A DNA stretch of 64,000 nucleotides from Pseudomonadota bacterium (GCA_028404565.1 JAOOBR010000003.1:2260-66259), one strand, 5' to 3'; positions 10,211 through 20,585 are shown, numbered from the stretch's first letter. Translations and numbers: made by a program. The notes: generated by a model not told the origin, from the letters alone.

Positions 10211-11428
10211 TTATCTTGAGGCAGCTGCTCTCAAACCCTCTGTAGATTCTATATAGGATAGCCAAGGGTTTGCTTCTTTCTCTTTACCGAAATCTATTGC
10301 TTTTTTTAGTTCAAGGCGAGCATTCTTAAAATCATCTATCTCGATGTAACAGACTCCTAAGAGCATTTCGAGTGATCCAGGTTTTCTATTCCAACCCTTA
10401 TCTCTGGCAATATTGAAGTATTTAATAGCTTGCTCGTATTTAGAGTTCTGTAACTGAATTTGACCGATTCGGTAATCATACTTAGGATCATTGGTTATCT
10501 TTGTTACTTTGATTAGAGACCTAACAGCATTATCGAAATCTTTAGCGATTATATAGGCATTGCTCAGGAGCTCATTATTTTTAATATTATTATCCAAGAC
10601 TTTGAGCTTTAACCCTCTTTCAATTACTTTGCTAGAATCAACCGGTAAACCCTTGTAAAGATAAAAATTAGCTAGATTAATATATTCAGATGGTTTCTTA
10701 AGCAAGTCTTGTTGAAGTTTAAATTCAAGAGAAGCAAGTGACTCTTCTTCAAATTTGATGATGTTGTAGATACCTGCCATTTGTTCAATATACTGTTTAT
10801 TTTTTGGTTTGAACCTCACTAAGTCTTGAGATATTTTTAATGCATCCAAATATTCTTTTCTTTCAGTATGAATGGCAAACTTTAATTGTGCCCAGTCCTC
10901 AACAAACCGATAGGAGTTATCAATAGCTAATGTTATAAATTTAAGAGCATTGCCCCACTCTTCGTCTTGAGCATATATGGTTGCAAGTATTGCGTAACCT
11001 TCAGGCTTTAGATCAAGTTTATTTTTTTCACCTATTTCAACCCATTTTAGTAAGGTTTTTTTGGCATTTTCTCTATCACCAGTGACATAATAAACTTGCC
11101 CTAAAGTAAAATGAAGCTCAAAAATATCATAAGGCGGCATATCTCGTTTAAGGCTGGCCTGTTTTAGATACCTTAGCGCTTCTTCATTTCTGTCAAAGGA
11201 AAGTAAAAAATATGCATAAGTTCTGAGAAATACAAAATGATCATATGATCTTGATGACCAGGTATCATTCGCGTAATCATAATAAATTTTTTCAGCAGCT
11301 TCTATATTGCCTTTATCAAGATTGGCTTGAGCTCTCTCTAAAGTATTGTAGACCCATTGCTGTATACCTTCATCAGAAGCAGAGATATTAAAACTAACAA
11401 TTAAAATTAAAAATAAAAATCTTTTCAT
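10211..11428 (-). CDS. Exported tetratricopeptide-repeat protein (TtpD-like member of a TonB2-type cluster)
   Basis: Signal peptide followed by repeated approximately 34-aa helical units rich in A/Y/L. It sits directly after tonB with a 1-nt overlap. Confidence 0.65.
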   Translation of the reverse strand: MKRFLFLILIVSFNISASDEGIQQWVYNTLERAQANLDKGNIEAAEKIYYDYANDTWSSRSYDHFVFLRTYAYFLLSFDRNEEALRYLKQASLKRDMPPYDIFELHFTLGQVYYVTGDRENAKKTLLKWVEIGEKNKLDLKPEGYAILATIYAQDEEWGNALKFITLAIDNSYRFVEDWAQLKFAIHTERKEYLDALKISQDLVRFKPKNKQYIEQMAGIYNIIKFEEESLASLEFKLQQDLLKKPSEYINLANFYLYKGLPVDSSKVIERGLKLKVLDNNIKNNELLSNAYIIAKDFDNAVRSLIKVTKITNDPKYDYRIGQIQLQNSKYEQAIKYFNIARDKGWNRKPGSLEMLLGVCYIEIDDFKNARLELKKAIDFGKEKEANPWLSYIESTEGLRAAASR

Positions 11429-12066
11429 TACAAATTAAATTCTATCGTAGTAAGGCCCACCTGTTTTACAGGAACCCCATCGATTACTCTTGGTTTAAAC
11501 TTCCATTTAAGAACTGCTTGTATCGCAGCAGCATCGAATATTCTTGGCGGCCTTGACTCTTCAATTATAGCACTTATTACTCTCCCCTTTTCATCAACCG
11601 TTAACCTGACAGTTACAAAACCAGTTTTTCCACCTTTTAAAGCTTCTCTTGGATATTTAGGTTGAATTTTTACTAAAGGTATTAAGCCGCTATTTGAAGC
11701 CAAAGAGTTTGCTCCACGCAAGAATGCCCCTTTTAAATCAACGGGTGTATTTAAAGTAGGAAACTTAATATTTAAATTTTGTACAGGCTGAACAACTTCA
11801 GGCGTTTCCAACTTTGGTGGAGGCGGTTTTTTTGGTGGTGGTGGTTTTTCAGGAAGAGCTCTCTCCCTTTCATTCAAAAAATCATTTTTCCTTAACCTTA
11901 CAAAGTCAACCAGACTGGAATCTTTTGCTGTATCAAAATTTTTATCACTAGGTAAAATAATTAAATAAATGGTAAGAAAGATGGCAAAAGCTATAGAAAA
12001 ACCGCCAACTATAGAAACGGTTAATCTATTTTCAAAATTAATCCTGTTCAGCAGCGATTGAAACAT
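11428..12066 (-). CDS. tonB: Energy transducer TonB
   Basis: N-terminal TM anchor, proline-rich spacer EKPPPPKKPPPPKLETPE, and a C-terminal TonB domain (YPREALKGGKTGFV). Confidence 0.8.
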   Translation of the reverse strand: MFQSLLNRINFENRLTVSIVGGFSIAFAIFLTIYLIILPSDKNFDTAKDSSLVDFVRLRKNDFLNERERALPEKPPPPKKPPPPKLETPEVVQPVQNLNIKFPTLNTPVDLKGAFLRGANSLASNSGLIPLVKIQPKYPREALKGGKTGFVTVRLTVDEKGRVISAIIEESRPPRIFDAAAIQAVLKWKFKPRVIDGVPVKQVGLTTIEFNL

Positions 12067-12439
12067 TTTGTACTCCGGCTAACCTTACTTGGTCCATTGT
12101 TTCAACTAAAAATCCTGTTTTTGAAGCTTTATCAGCTTGAATTATTACTGAACCTTCAGGGTTCTCAGCTTTTAGTCTTTCAACATTTGCCCTTACAGAC
12201 CTTAGATCAACTCTTCTTTTATCTATCCAGATTTCATCATTTGCAGTGATGGCAATAAGTATGTTTCCTCTCTCATCTCTAACTGCTGTTGAAGCATTTG
12301 GTCTATTTACCTCTACTCCAGTTTCTTTCACAAACGATGTGGTAACAATGAAAAATATAAGCATAATAAAAACAATATCCAACATAGGTGTAATATCTAT
12401 TGTTGATTCGTCTCTAGCTCTATTTCGTCTTTTAATCAT
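12038..12439 (-). CDS. exbD: Biopolymer transport protein ExbD/TolR
   Basis: 133 aa. ITPMLDIVFIMLIFF includes the conserved TM Asp, and the periplasmic domain pattern fits. Confidence 0.85.
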   Translation of the reverse strand: MIKRRNRARDESTIDITPMLDIVFIMLIFFIVTTSFVKETGVEVNRPNASTAVRDERGNILIAITANDEIWIDKRRVDLRSVRANVERLKAENPEGSVIIQADKASKTGFLVETMDQVRLAGVQNVSIAAEQD

Positions 12440-12440
12440 A

Positions 12441-12968
12441 TTATATTGTTTCTATTGTATGCTTTACTTCCAAGGTAGCCTTTTCTATTGAAGACTTAAT
12501 AGCCGTTAGAAGAAATAAACCAACAATCGAAATAAAAAGTCCAGTCATCGTTGGTAATGTTGCTCTAGCAATTCCTGAAGCCATTGCTCTTGCATTTCCA
12601 GTTCCAGTAATAGCCATGATATCAAATACCTCAATCATACCAGTTACAGTCCCAAGCAGTCCCAATAATGGACACAATGCTATAAGACCTTGAATCATAA
12701 GAAGGTTTTTAGAAGATTCTGAATTTAAAATTGAAATATTCTTTAACTTAATCTTATTTCTAACCCATTTATTATCTAAAGAACATTCTCTTACCTCTGA
12801 TACTCTATCAGCACTAAGCTTTTTAAGATCATTTATAAAAAATATTAATCTCTCAACAAGAAGAGTAATCATTATTATTGCTACGAGGAATAAAATAAAT
12901 ATAACAGGTCCGCCTCTATCAAAAAAATCAAGTAAAGATACAAAAGGTAGAGACAAATAATAAAACAT
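12441..12968 (-). CDS. exbB: MotA/TolQ/ExbB proton-channel protein
   Basis: 175 aa with three TM helices. The LGLLGTVTGMI motif is typical of ExbB/TolQ. Confidence 0.85.
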   Translation of the reverse strand: MFYYLSLPFVSLLDFFDRGGPVIFILFLVAIIMITLLVERLIFFINDLKKLSADRVSEVRECSLDNKWVRNKIKLKNISILNSESSKNLLMIQGLIALCPLLGLLGTVTGMIEVFDIMAITGTGNARAMASGIARATLPTMTGLFISIVGLFLLTAIKSSIEKATLEVKHTIETI

Positions 12969-12970
12969 AC

Positions 12971-14338
12971 TTATTTTTGTCTAGTTGAAAATGAAGCAAT
13001 AAATCCGATTGCTTGTTCTTCGTAAACTTGAGTTATGCTTCTACTTCTTGATTCGAGTATATTGTGAACAAAAAGAAGTGGGACTGCAGCAATAAGTCCT
13101 AGCATTGTTGTTACAAGCGCCTGAGATATGCCACCAGCCATAAGTTTTGGATCTCCTGTACCAAACAGTGTTATGGATTGAAATGTTTCAATCATACCTA
13201 CAACTGTTCCTAACAACCCAAGAAGAGGAGCAACAGCTGCTAATAGTTTGATAGTGCTGAGATTTTGTTCAAGAACAGGTACGGCTCTTGATAAAACGTC
13301 CTCGAGTTGTGCCTCAAGATCTTCAGGAGTAGTTCCTTTGTAGTCTTTAAATATCCTATTAAGTTTTCCTAAAACAGAATTCTCAGAAAAATTACCACTA
13401 GCTAATTCTGCATCAAGAACTTTAGATTCAGCAGTTAAGAAGCGATATCTCATTGCACCGAGAACAATTCCGATTACAAACAATAAGATAATGATATAAC
13501 CAACAAAGCCACCTTGATTGATTCTTTCAAAAAATCCTGCTCTATCGATAAGTTTGGTTAATAAAGAACCTCTAGTTGGGTCTATATAAACCTCATGATA
13601 AGTTCCACTATCTGAGTTCTGTAGTCTTTTTGCTGATCGTCTTATACCGCCATCAGGTTGCTTAGGTAAATATTCAAGTACGTTTTGCTCAGCAACTAAG
13701 TTTAGGTACATTCCATTTGCTACTGAGTTAAAAACGCCCATTCTTAAAATGTCAGCATCAACAACTTCTCCTGATTTAGAAAGAATTTGTGTGCTATATT
13801 CCTTAACTTTTCCACTTTGATTTAATTCATTTAATATCTCAAACCAAAGCCTCTCCAACTCTTCGTTTGTTGGTAGATCAAGACTTTTTCTCTCAGCAAT
13901 ATCTCCTAAGAACTCAATTCTTTCTGGATATTCAATATTTGTGAGGGATAATGAGAATTGCCCTTTTGATTCACCGGCTGTTTGTCTAACAATACCAAAG
14001 AGCTCACCAAAAGATCCAAGCTTTAAAGTTAGTTGCTCTTCGAGATCAGCAAGTCTTGCGTCATTATCTTCGTATTCTTTTGTAAGCCTCACGCTTCTGT
14101 CTTCTTCAGCATTTAGTTTTGCCTTCATTTGGTTGAGAAGGTACTGTTGTCTATTTTTGTCGGCTAAAAACCTTTGCAATCTTGCATTATCTTCAGCAGA
14201 TCGAGATGAAGCAGTTTTTTTAACTGATTCAACCAACCTATCAAGATCTGTAATTACTGGTTCGACAGGTTGTTCAACGCTTTCTTGCGCAAAAACAAAA
14301 GAAGTGATTAGTAATAAAGGTAAAAATCTTATTTTCAT
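12971..14338 (-). CDS. Large MotA/TolQ/ExbB-family protein with N-terminal periplasmic coiled coil (TtpC-like)
   Basis: 455 aa: signal peptide, long coiled-coil region, then an ExbB-like C-terminus (LGLLGTVVGMIETF). Confidence 0.8.
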   Translation of the reverse strand: MKIRFLPLLLITSFVFAQESVEQPVEPVITDLDRLVESVKKTASSRSAEDNARLQRFLADKNRQQYLLNQMKAKLNAEEDRSVRLTKEYEDNDARLADLEEQLTLKLGSFGELFGIVRQTAGESKGQFSLSLTNIEYPERIEFLGDIAERKSLDLPTNEELERLWFEILNELNQSGKVKEYSTQILSKSGEVVDADILRMGVFNSVANGMYLNLVAEQNVLEYLPKQPDGGIRRSAKRLQNSDSGTYHEVYIDPTRGSLLTKLIDRAGFFERINQGGFVGYIIILLFVIGIVLGAMRYRFLTAESKVLDAELASGNFSENSVLGKLNRIFKDYKGTTPEDLEAQLEDVLSRAVPVLEQNLSTIKLLAAVAPLLGLLGTVVGMIETFQSITLFGTGDPKLMAGGISQALVTTMLGLIAAVPLLFVHNILESRSRSITQVYEEQAIGFIASFSTRQK

Positions 14339-14340
14339 TT

Positions 14341-15126
14341 TTAATCCTTGTAAATTGGAATTTGAATTAAGGCTGGAGGAGCTTGTTTAGCAGCAATTTT
14401 TAAACCATCCTCAGTAGCTCTTTTAATGGAGCCAGATGATTTCAAGAACGTTTTTTCACTGAGATCATAATATCCACCCTTACTTCCATCAGTTGTAAGG
14501 TATGTTAATGCTATTCTTCCAATTCTAAGAAAATCAGCACTTGTGTCTACACCATCAATGTTTATTGTGTCTCTATATGTCTCAATTGTCCTTCCATATT
14601 CAAGCTCAGTTTTATAAGCTTCTGTAATAAGCCTAAACTTTTCTGAGGTTGAGATGTCACCTCTGTCCATAGTGGAGCGTAAGTTTGCAAGACGATCTTT
14701 TCTTTCCTTCATTAGAAAAGGAAGGTCGAGATTAATAAAGTCTTCTAATGCATTTATCATTTTTATCATGAGAGGAACAATCATCTGATTGGTTTTATCA
14801 AGTTCATCTATTTGAAATAATATATTGGCAATTTCTTCAATTTGTGAATTGATTATTTTTTGAACCTGGTCATTGTAGAGTTTTAGTGACTCATATTCTT
14901 TAGATGTAGATTGATAGTCAGCTAACAAGATCCTTGTAGTCTCATCAAGCTTATTAATTTGCTCTTGAGTTAAAGCAGAGTTTTCAAGGCTATCAGTTGA
15001 AATGTTTATTGATTCAGTAAGTAAATCAACATCATTAGCACTAGTTGTATCTTGAGCATTGATTGCAAAAGAAAAGGCTGAAAACAAAGAAAGAGCAAGA
15101 ATATTTTTATTCATTTTAAAACGCAT
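14341..15126 (-). CDS. DUF3450-like exported coiled-coil protein (TtpB-like). The start may instead be the ATG at 15114.
   Basis: Signal peptide and a coiled-coil N-half. It is the first gene of the TonB2-type cluster, the position DUF3450 proteins normally occupy. Confidence 0.6.
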   Translation of the reverse strand: MRFKMNKNILALSLFSAFSFAINAQDTTSANDVDLLTESINISTDSLENSALTQEQINKLDETTRILLADYQSTSKEYESLKLYNDQVQKIINSQIEEIANILFQIDELDKTNQMIVPLMIKMINALEDFINLDLPFLMKERKDRLANLRSTMDRGDISTSEKFRLITEAYKTELEYGRTIETYRDTINIDGVDTSADFLRIGRIALTYLTTDGSKGGYYDLSEKTFLKSSGSIKRATEDGLKIAAKQAPPALIQIPIYKD

Positions 15127-15215
15127 TATTATGTCCCTTTAAGTGACCACAAATTATACTCTAAAACTCTTATTTTTACTTAAAATTTACTGAGTAAAAA
15201 ATGTTTAATTTATTG

Positions 15216-15246
15216 ACAAAAAAAAGGAGGCAAAAGCCTCCTTTTT
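15216..15246 (-). terminator. Rho-independent terminator after TonB-dependent receptor 1
   Basis: The 8-bp stem AAGGAGGC/GCCTCCTT (15224-15231 and 15236-15243) has a 4-nt loop. A run of T follows on the minus strand (A-run 15218-15225 on plus). Confidence 0.85.
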
Positions 15247-15260
15247 AATAATTCCTAATC

Positions 15261-18200
15261 TTAGAATCTCATTTGATATACAAGATAAGCTTCTGGGCCA
15301 AATCTTGGGTATCTGAATGAGTTAAACCCATATGGATAGAAAGAACTTCCTCTATCATATGGAGCATCAGTATCTGGAATAGCGTCAAACAAGTTTGTAA
15401 CTGTAAACGCTAAGAATGAATCCTGAGTAAGATCGTAATTAACTGTAAGGTTGGTATTGAAATATGGGCTACCTTTTGAACCATCGAGATATTCCATATG
15501 TCCAACTCTAAGTACTGACATACCAGCACCCCAATCACCTCTTGTCCAGCCAAGTCTTACGGACTGTCTAGATCTAGGTGTATAGTTGCTGTTCATGTAT
15601 GAAAGAAGTGGATCACCAACATCTTCTGCATATTTAAGATCAATTTGATGTGAACTAAATACGCTAAAGTTAAAGTCTCCAGCCTTATCAGTTACCCATG
15701 CGTAAGAAACAGCAGTATCAATACCTAAGAACTCTTGCCCAGCAATGTTTACTGGAGTCTCATAGATTGCAGTAATACTACCTTCAGGAGTTGGGTTTAC
15801 TGTAAAGTCTTTACCACCTCTAACAATGTTACCAAGCACTTGAGCACAATATGAAGCAGGATAATCAGGGAAAGCATCAAGTGTATCACCTGCTGCTCTT
15901 GCTCTACATACAGCTTCATCAAGTGTTAAAGCACTTAGTGATTTTGTAGAAACAATATCACCTAATTGAATGTGGAAAGCATCGATTGTAACAACCATTC
16001 TATCCATTGGCTCCCAAACGACACCAACAGCATATGAATCACCTTCTTCTTCCTTAAGACCAAGGTTACCAGTTGTAAATCCTTCAATGTTAATGATGCC
16101 ATAAGCACCGCCACAACCTTCTCCACCGTTACCAAAGTTACCGTCATACCAGCACTGGTACCAGTCTGTTTGTGATGTAAAGAATCTTCTTTCACCTACA
16201 AAAGAATATGGAAGATCCGGAGCCTTAAACGACTCTGACCATGAAGCTCTAACAAGAACATTGTCCTTAGGTCTCCACTCCATAGTTGCACCAGCAGTTC
16301 TTCTATCAACGTCTACAACAGCATCATCATACTCATCCCATCTTGTTGAGAGAGATATAAGTACATTTTCTGATACCGGAACATTAAACTCGACACCAAC
16401 AGCGTTTCTTTCTCTTTCACCGCCGCCATCAACACCACCAATACCCCAAAGGAGGCCTTGTTTGTTTAATTCACTAAGGTTAACTTCATAACCTTTTGTT
16501 TGATTTTCAATTACAGCAGCAAAACCAAGTGGACCATAAGGTAATTGCATTAAGTCACCTGTTAAAGTTGCTTGGAAAAGCTCACTGAAAGCATCAGCTG
16601 GCTCAACATTATCAACTCTTAAAGCTTCTGCGTCTGCTTGAGTTTGTGTGCTTAGATAAAAATCCCAGTTGTAACAGTTTGGCTGACTGTAAAAAGCTGA
16701 ATATCCATAAATACCCCACCAATCATCAACTTCACCATTTGATGGATCTCCATCTAAAAGATCATTAGTATCAAGTACACAAGGATTACCAAAACCATCA
16801 ACACCACCGATGTTGTGAATTTTGTCATAAAGAGCGCTTGCTAGGAAATTCCTACCAGTTTGAACAACATCATATGTGTTTTCTGTATATGACATGTCCC
16901 ACTCAAAACCATTGTTAAGAACACCTCTCAATCCAAAATCAATTGTTGAAGTATCTTCAACATATGATGATCCTCTATAAACTCCTGGGAAAATTTTCTG
17001 GATTCTGAAATCCATAAATGCAGAGTAACCTGGATCAAATTGGTATGAACCAGTTGCTGGGTTAGTTGAAGTGTTTGGATACCAAGCACTATCTGTACGT
17101 CCAAATCTTTGTGGACCAGCAACCCATACGAAAGGTGTAAATAAATTATCAAGTGTTCCGATAGTATCTGTTTCTAAGTAAACATATTTAGCATAAGCTT
17201 CAACAGAATCAGTAAGCTCATATGTTCCTGATAAGAATGCAGCAGTTCTTTTTCTCTCGTTTGTTAAAGAACCATTTGAACTCGTGTCAATAGCACACCA
17301 TGCACCAACAGCAAATGGAACATAGTTACCTATCTCAGTAGGAGTAGGTGCAAAATAATCACCAGCATCTTGACATGTATATCCAGCTGTAGGCTCGAGA
17401 CCTGAAGAAGGATCTAATGTCGCATTTAAACCGTCAATAAGCTCTTCAGGAGTGTAGTGATTAAATCTTCCTCCAAATTGGTCCCTTATTAGTAGACCTC
17501 TAGATGGTAAACCACCATCTTGCGCATCTTTATAAGAGTCATGCTCACTTCTTGAACTTATTGGTACAGCTTTTTCATCGTAATACTCTAATGCATATGT
17601 ATAGGAATATCTTTCACCAAATCCTCCACCTGCAAATTCAAGGTTAAGAGTCTCACCGCCTGATCCTGCATTAACACCACCACCGGCAACAACTCTTGCA
17701 GTTTGTCTTTCTAATCCATCAACTAATATAACGTTTACAACACCTGCAACAGCATCTGAACCATAAATAGATGAAGCACCTGAAGTTAAAACTTCAATTC
17801 TTTCAACAGCTGCAAGTGGAATTGCACCCCAGTTGAAAGAAGCTGATTCACCATTGTATGGGAACGGATAGTCTGCAGTTCTCTTACCGTTAACAAGTAC
17901 TAGTGTTCTACCTGGTCCAAAGTCTCTAAGGTTGATTGGTTGCAATGAAGCATTAAAACCAGCCTGGAAGTTCTCACCATTAACACTACCTGTGTTTTGA
18001 GTAAGGTTACTTACTGCGTCATAAACAGTTTGGAAACCTGCGTTATCAATATCAGCTCTAGTAATTGTTATTAAAGGTGTTGCACCCTCAATATCAACTC
18101 TTTTAATTCTAGAACCAGTTACGCTTACTCTTCCTAGCTCTTGGACATCCTCGTCATCAGCTGCATCAGATGATTCAGACATTGTTGCCTCTGTAACAAC

Positions 18201-18287
18201 TTCAACATCTTCATCAACTGGCTCGTCTGCAACAACAAAACCAACACTAAGGAAAGCAAACAAAGTTAAAAAACTTAAATTTTTCAT
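15261..18287 (-). CDS. TonB-dependent receptor (about 1008 aa)
   Basis: Signal peptide, acidic linker, TonB-box-like VSVTGSRI, plug motifs (IEVLTSGASSIYGSDAVAGVVN) and a terminal aromatic residue (MRF). I chose the start at MKNLSF because GGGGA lies 6-10 nt upstream; the longest ORF runs to 18311. Confidence 0.9.
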   Translation of the reverse strand: MKNLSFLTLFAFLSVGFVVADEPVDEDVEVVTEATMSESSDAADDEDVQELGRVSVTGSRIKRVDIEGATPLITITRADIDNAGFQTVYDAVSNLTQNTGSVNGENFQAGFNASLQPINLRDFGPGRTLVLVNGKRTADYPFPYNGESASFNWGAIPLAAVERIEVLTSGASSIYGSDAVAGVVNVILVDGLERQTARVVAGGGVNAGSGGETLNLEFAGGGFGERYSYTYALEYYDEKAVPISSRSEHDSYKDAQDGGLPSRGLLIRDQFGGRFNHYTPEELIDGLNATLDPSSGLEPTAGYTCQDAGDYFAPTPTEIGNYVPFAVGAWCAIDTSSNGSLTNERKRTAAFLSGTYELTDSVEAYAKYVYLETDTIGTLDNLFTPFVWVAGPQRFGRTDSAWYPNTSTNPATGSYQFDPGYSAFMDFRIQKIFPGVYRGSSYVEDTSTIDFGLRGVLNNGFEWDMSYTENTYDVVQTGRNFLASALYDKIHNIGGVDGFGNPCVLDTNDLLDGDPSNGEVDDWWGIYGYSAFYSQPNCYNWDFYLSTQTQADAEALRVDNVEPADAFSELFQATLTGDLMQLPYGPLGFAAVIENQTKGYEVNLSELNKQGLLWGIGGVDGGGERERNAVGVEFNVPVSENVLISLSTRWDEYDDAVVDVDRRTAGATMEWRPKDNVLVRASWSESFKAPDLPYSFVGERRFFTSQTDWYQCWYDGNFGNGGEGCGGAYGIINIEGFTTGNLGLKEEEGDSYAVGVVWEPMDRMVVTIDAFHIQLGDIVSTKSLSALTLDEAVCRARAAGDTLDAFPDYPASYCAQVLGNIVRGGKDFTVNPTPEGSITAIYETPVNIAGQEFLGIDTAVSYAWVTDKAGDFNFSVFSSHQIDLKYAEDVGDPLLSYMNSNYTPRSRQSVRLGWTRGDWGAGMSVLRVGHMEYLDGSKGSPYFNTNLTVNYDLTQDSFLAFTVTNLFDAIPDTDAPYDRGSSFYPYGFNSFRYPRFGPEAYLVYQMRF

Positions 18288-18454
18288 AATATTTTCCCCA
18301 TATATATGCATAAAATTACACCGGAAACATGTTCCGATTCAAACAATATACCTATAGGTTACATTATTGTAAACAGTTTTTTTAAATTAAATTCTCTTTT
18401 AAATAAAGGGTTTTTAAGGGTTATTTTGTATTAATGTCTTTTATTTTTACACTC

Positions 18455-18472
18455 TGTAAAGTAGACTTTACA
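18455..18472. promoter_or_regulatory. Perfect 8+8 inverted repeat TGTAAAGT-AG-ACTTTACA, a candidate operator
   Basis: Read directly from the sequence. It lies 35 nt upstream of the S9 peptidase ATG, in the 195-nt divergent region shared with receptor 1. Confidence 0.35.
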
Positions 18473-18506
18473 CAATCTAAAATTTTTCTACTGGAGATAA
18501 ATAAAA

Positions 18507-20585
18507 ATGCTAACAAAACTCAAAATATTCAAAAACATTAATATTGGTCTGAAAAACTTGTTCTTAGCCGTTTTTTTAGTAGTTTCAAGCGCCTTAGTTG
18601 CAGATGACTATAAGCCCATACCGCTTGATAAATTGGTGTGCTATGGACAAGGAACTCAGCAACAACTCTCCCCTTCTGGTGAATTTTTAGCTGCAATGGT
18701 TCCAGTTGATGAAAATGTCTGTGATATCAAAGATGAAACTGATCAAGAGATGATGGCTACAGATAGGGTTTTAGTTGTAACAAATCTAGAAACAATGGAG
18801 CCAAAGGTAATTTCTGGAACTAGTGCTGGATCTGCAGTCACAAGCTTTAGATGGCTAGATAATGAAAAGTTACTTGTTTCTCGGGATTCTCGTGCAGGTA
18901 TAGACTCAGCAAGTTTATATACAATTGATAAGGATGGAAAAAATACAACATTATTAATTAAAGCCAAAAGGTTCAAAAATAAGCCAGGCTTTCAAGTTCC
19001 TAGTCTTTATGGTGTTTATCCTAGAGTGCCTGGTAAAGTTATGATTAGTCTATTTAATACCGGAAGCAGATCAAGAGATCTATACTGGCTAGACCTTAAG
19101 ACCAAGAGAACTGAATTAGTTGCAAGGGAGCCTTCCGTTCCTGGTGAGCTTGTAATGAATTGGCTGCTTGATTGGGAAGGGGTTCCTTATGGTTTTTCAA
19201 CTTTTATGGAAGAAGGTCCAAATAAAGGTATTGAAACAACATTTTATAGATTTACTGATAATGGAGGATACGAAAAGATAACTTCATGCATGCATCAAGC
19301 TGCATGTTTTTATGCTGAAAGTTTTGATATTGATAACAAAACTCTTATAGGTGTAGGTCAAGCAGTGAATCCTGATGGAACAATAATAAATGAGACTGAC
19401 ACTAATGCTTTATGGACTGTTGATGCTGAAACAGGGGAATATTTGGAAATGATATATCACGATCCTGATTTTGATCTTTCCAGTCCAATGCATGGAATGT
19501 ATTCAATGAATATGTGGTTTTCGTCTGATGGTTCAGAGTTGTATGGATTCTCATATGAGGGAGCAAAAACAAAAAAAGTATATTTCGATGAGTACTTTCA
19601 AACCGTTGATAAATCTCTTGAAGCTGCTTTTCCAAACCATGAAGTGAGTATTAGAGATTGGAGTGATGACTTAACAAGATTTTTATTCAGAGTTTCAAGT
19701 GACAAAGATCCGGGTAGTTCATATCTATTTGATCTCTCAAAAGGCAAAGTTTCGCTTATATCAGAGTCTGCTCCATGGATCAAAGATTATCAACTTGCAG
19801 ATATTGAACCATTTACTTACATGAGTAGAGACGGGATTAAATTACATGGTTACATCACTTTGCCACCGAACTACAAAGAAGGTGAAAAGATTCCATTCAT
19901 AGTTCACCCTCATGGAGGGCCAAATGCCAGAGATTATTGGGGCTATAATCCAGAAGTGCAATTCTATGCAACAAGAGGATATGGCGTAATTCAAATGGAC
20001 TATAGAGGTTCAACAGGCTACGGAAGAAAAGAAATGATTCTTGCTAATCATCAAATGGGTAAGAAAATGCAAGATGACAAATATGATGCGTTGATGTGGG
20101 CAAATGAACAAGGTTATGTTGATATGGATAATGTATGTATTTCAGGCGCCTCCTATGGTGGGTATGCTGCAATGCATGCTGCAACTAAAGCACCAGAACT
20201 GTTTAAATGCATTATCACCTACGTTGGAACTTTTGATTTGACTAGTATGGACCTGAGAGGTCTGCAATGGAGTGATCTTGGTATGCCAATGGAATACATT
20301 GAGAAAGGCAATCCAGAAAATCCTGAGGATTATAAAAATCTTTATGACAATAGCCCGATATTTTTTGTAGAGAATGTTGAGGATCCAGTTCTTATTGTCA
20401 CAGGAAGAAGAGATACTCAGGTTAGATTCCAAGAAACAGTCGATATGGTTAATGAGCTCAAAAAATATGGTAAAGATTACCAGTACATTATCAAAGGTGA
20501 AGAAGGCCACGGCTTTAGAAGAGAAACTGCAAGGCTAGAGCTCTTTGAAGACTACGAGAAATTTTTAGCTAAATACTTAAATTAG
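18507..20585 (+). CDS. S9-family serine peptidase (prolyl oligopeptidase / dipeptidyl aminopeptidase type), exported
   Basis: N-terminal signal/anchor and a beta-propeller-like N-half. The C-terminal hydrolase domain has the GASYGGY nucleophile elbow and EGHGF histidine region. Confidence 0.85.
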   Translation: MLTKLKIFKNINIGLKNLFLAVFLVVSSALVADDYKPIPLDKLVCYGQGTQQQLSPSGEFLAAMVPVDENVCDIKDETDQEMMATDRVLVVTNLETMEPKVISGTSAGSAVTSFRWLDNEKLLVSRDSRAGIDSASLYTIDKDGKNTTLLIKAKRFKNKPGFQVPSLYGVYPRVPGKVMISLFNTGSRSRDLYWLDLKTKRTELVAREPSVPGELVMNWLLDWEGVPYGFSTFMEEGPNKGIETTFYRFTDNGGYEKITSCMHQAACFYAESFDIDNKTLIGVGQAVNPDGTIINETDTNALWTVDAETGEYLEMIYHDPDFDLSSPMHGMYSMNMWFSSDGSELYGFSYEGAKTKKVYFDEYFQTVDKSLEAAFPNHEVSIRDWSDDLTRFLFRVSSDKDPGSSYLFDLSKGKVSLISESAPWIKDYQLADIEPFTYMSRDGIKLHGYITLPPNYKEGEKIPFIVHPHGGPNARDYWGYNPEVQFYATRGYGVIQMDYRGSTGYGRKEMILANHQMGKKMQDDKYDALMWANEQGYVDMDNVCISGASYGGYAAMHAATKAPELFKCIITYVGTFDLTSMDLRGLQWSDLGMPMEYIEKGNPENPEDYKNLYDNSPIFFVENVEDPVLIVTGRRDTQVRFQETVDMVNELKKYGKDYQYIIKGEEGHGFRRETARLELFEDYEKFLAKYLN

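Noticed and set aside
13941-14390. Long antisense ORFs inside well-supported genes: 149 aa here, and also 32998-33423, 36228-36605, 40590-41012, 20142-20510 and 53412-53774.
   Set aside because: Each lies opposite a gene with clear family motifs. They have low-complexity S/L/F-rich composition, no SD or start context, and no recognisable domain. I treat them as shadow ORFs. They are somewhat long for AT-rich DNA but offer nothing further to support them.
15127-15215. Fur box or iron-regulated promoter upstream of the TonB2-type cluster and of the three receptor genes (also 18288-18454, 32400-32539 and 36180-36273)
   Set aside because: I could not find anything close to GATAATGATAATCATTATC by eye. 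The AT-rich background makes weak matches meaningless without a scoring matrix.
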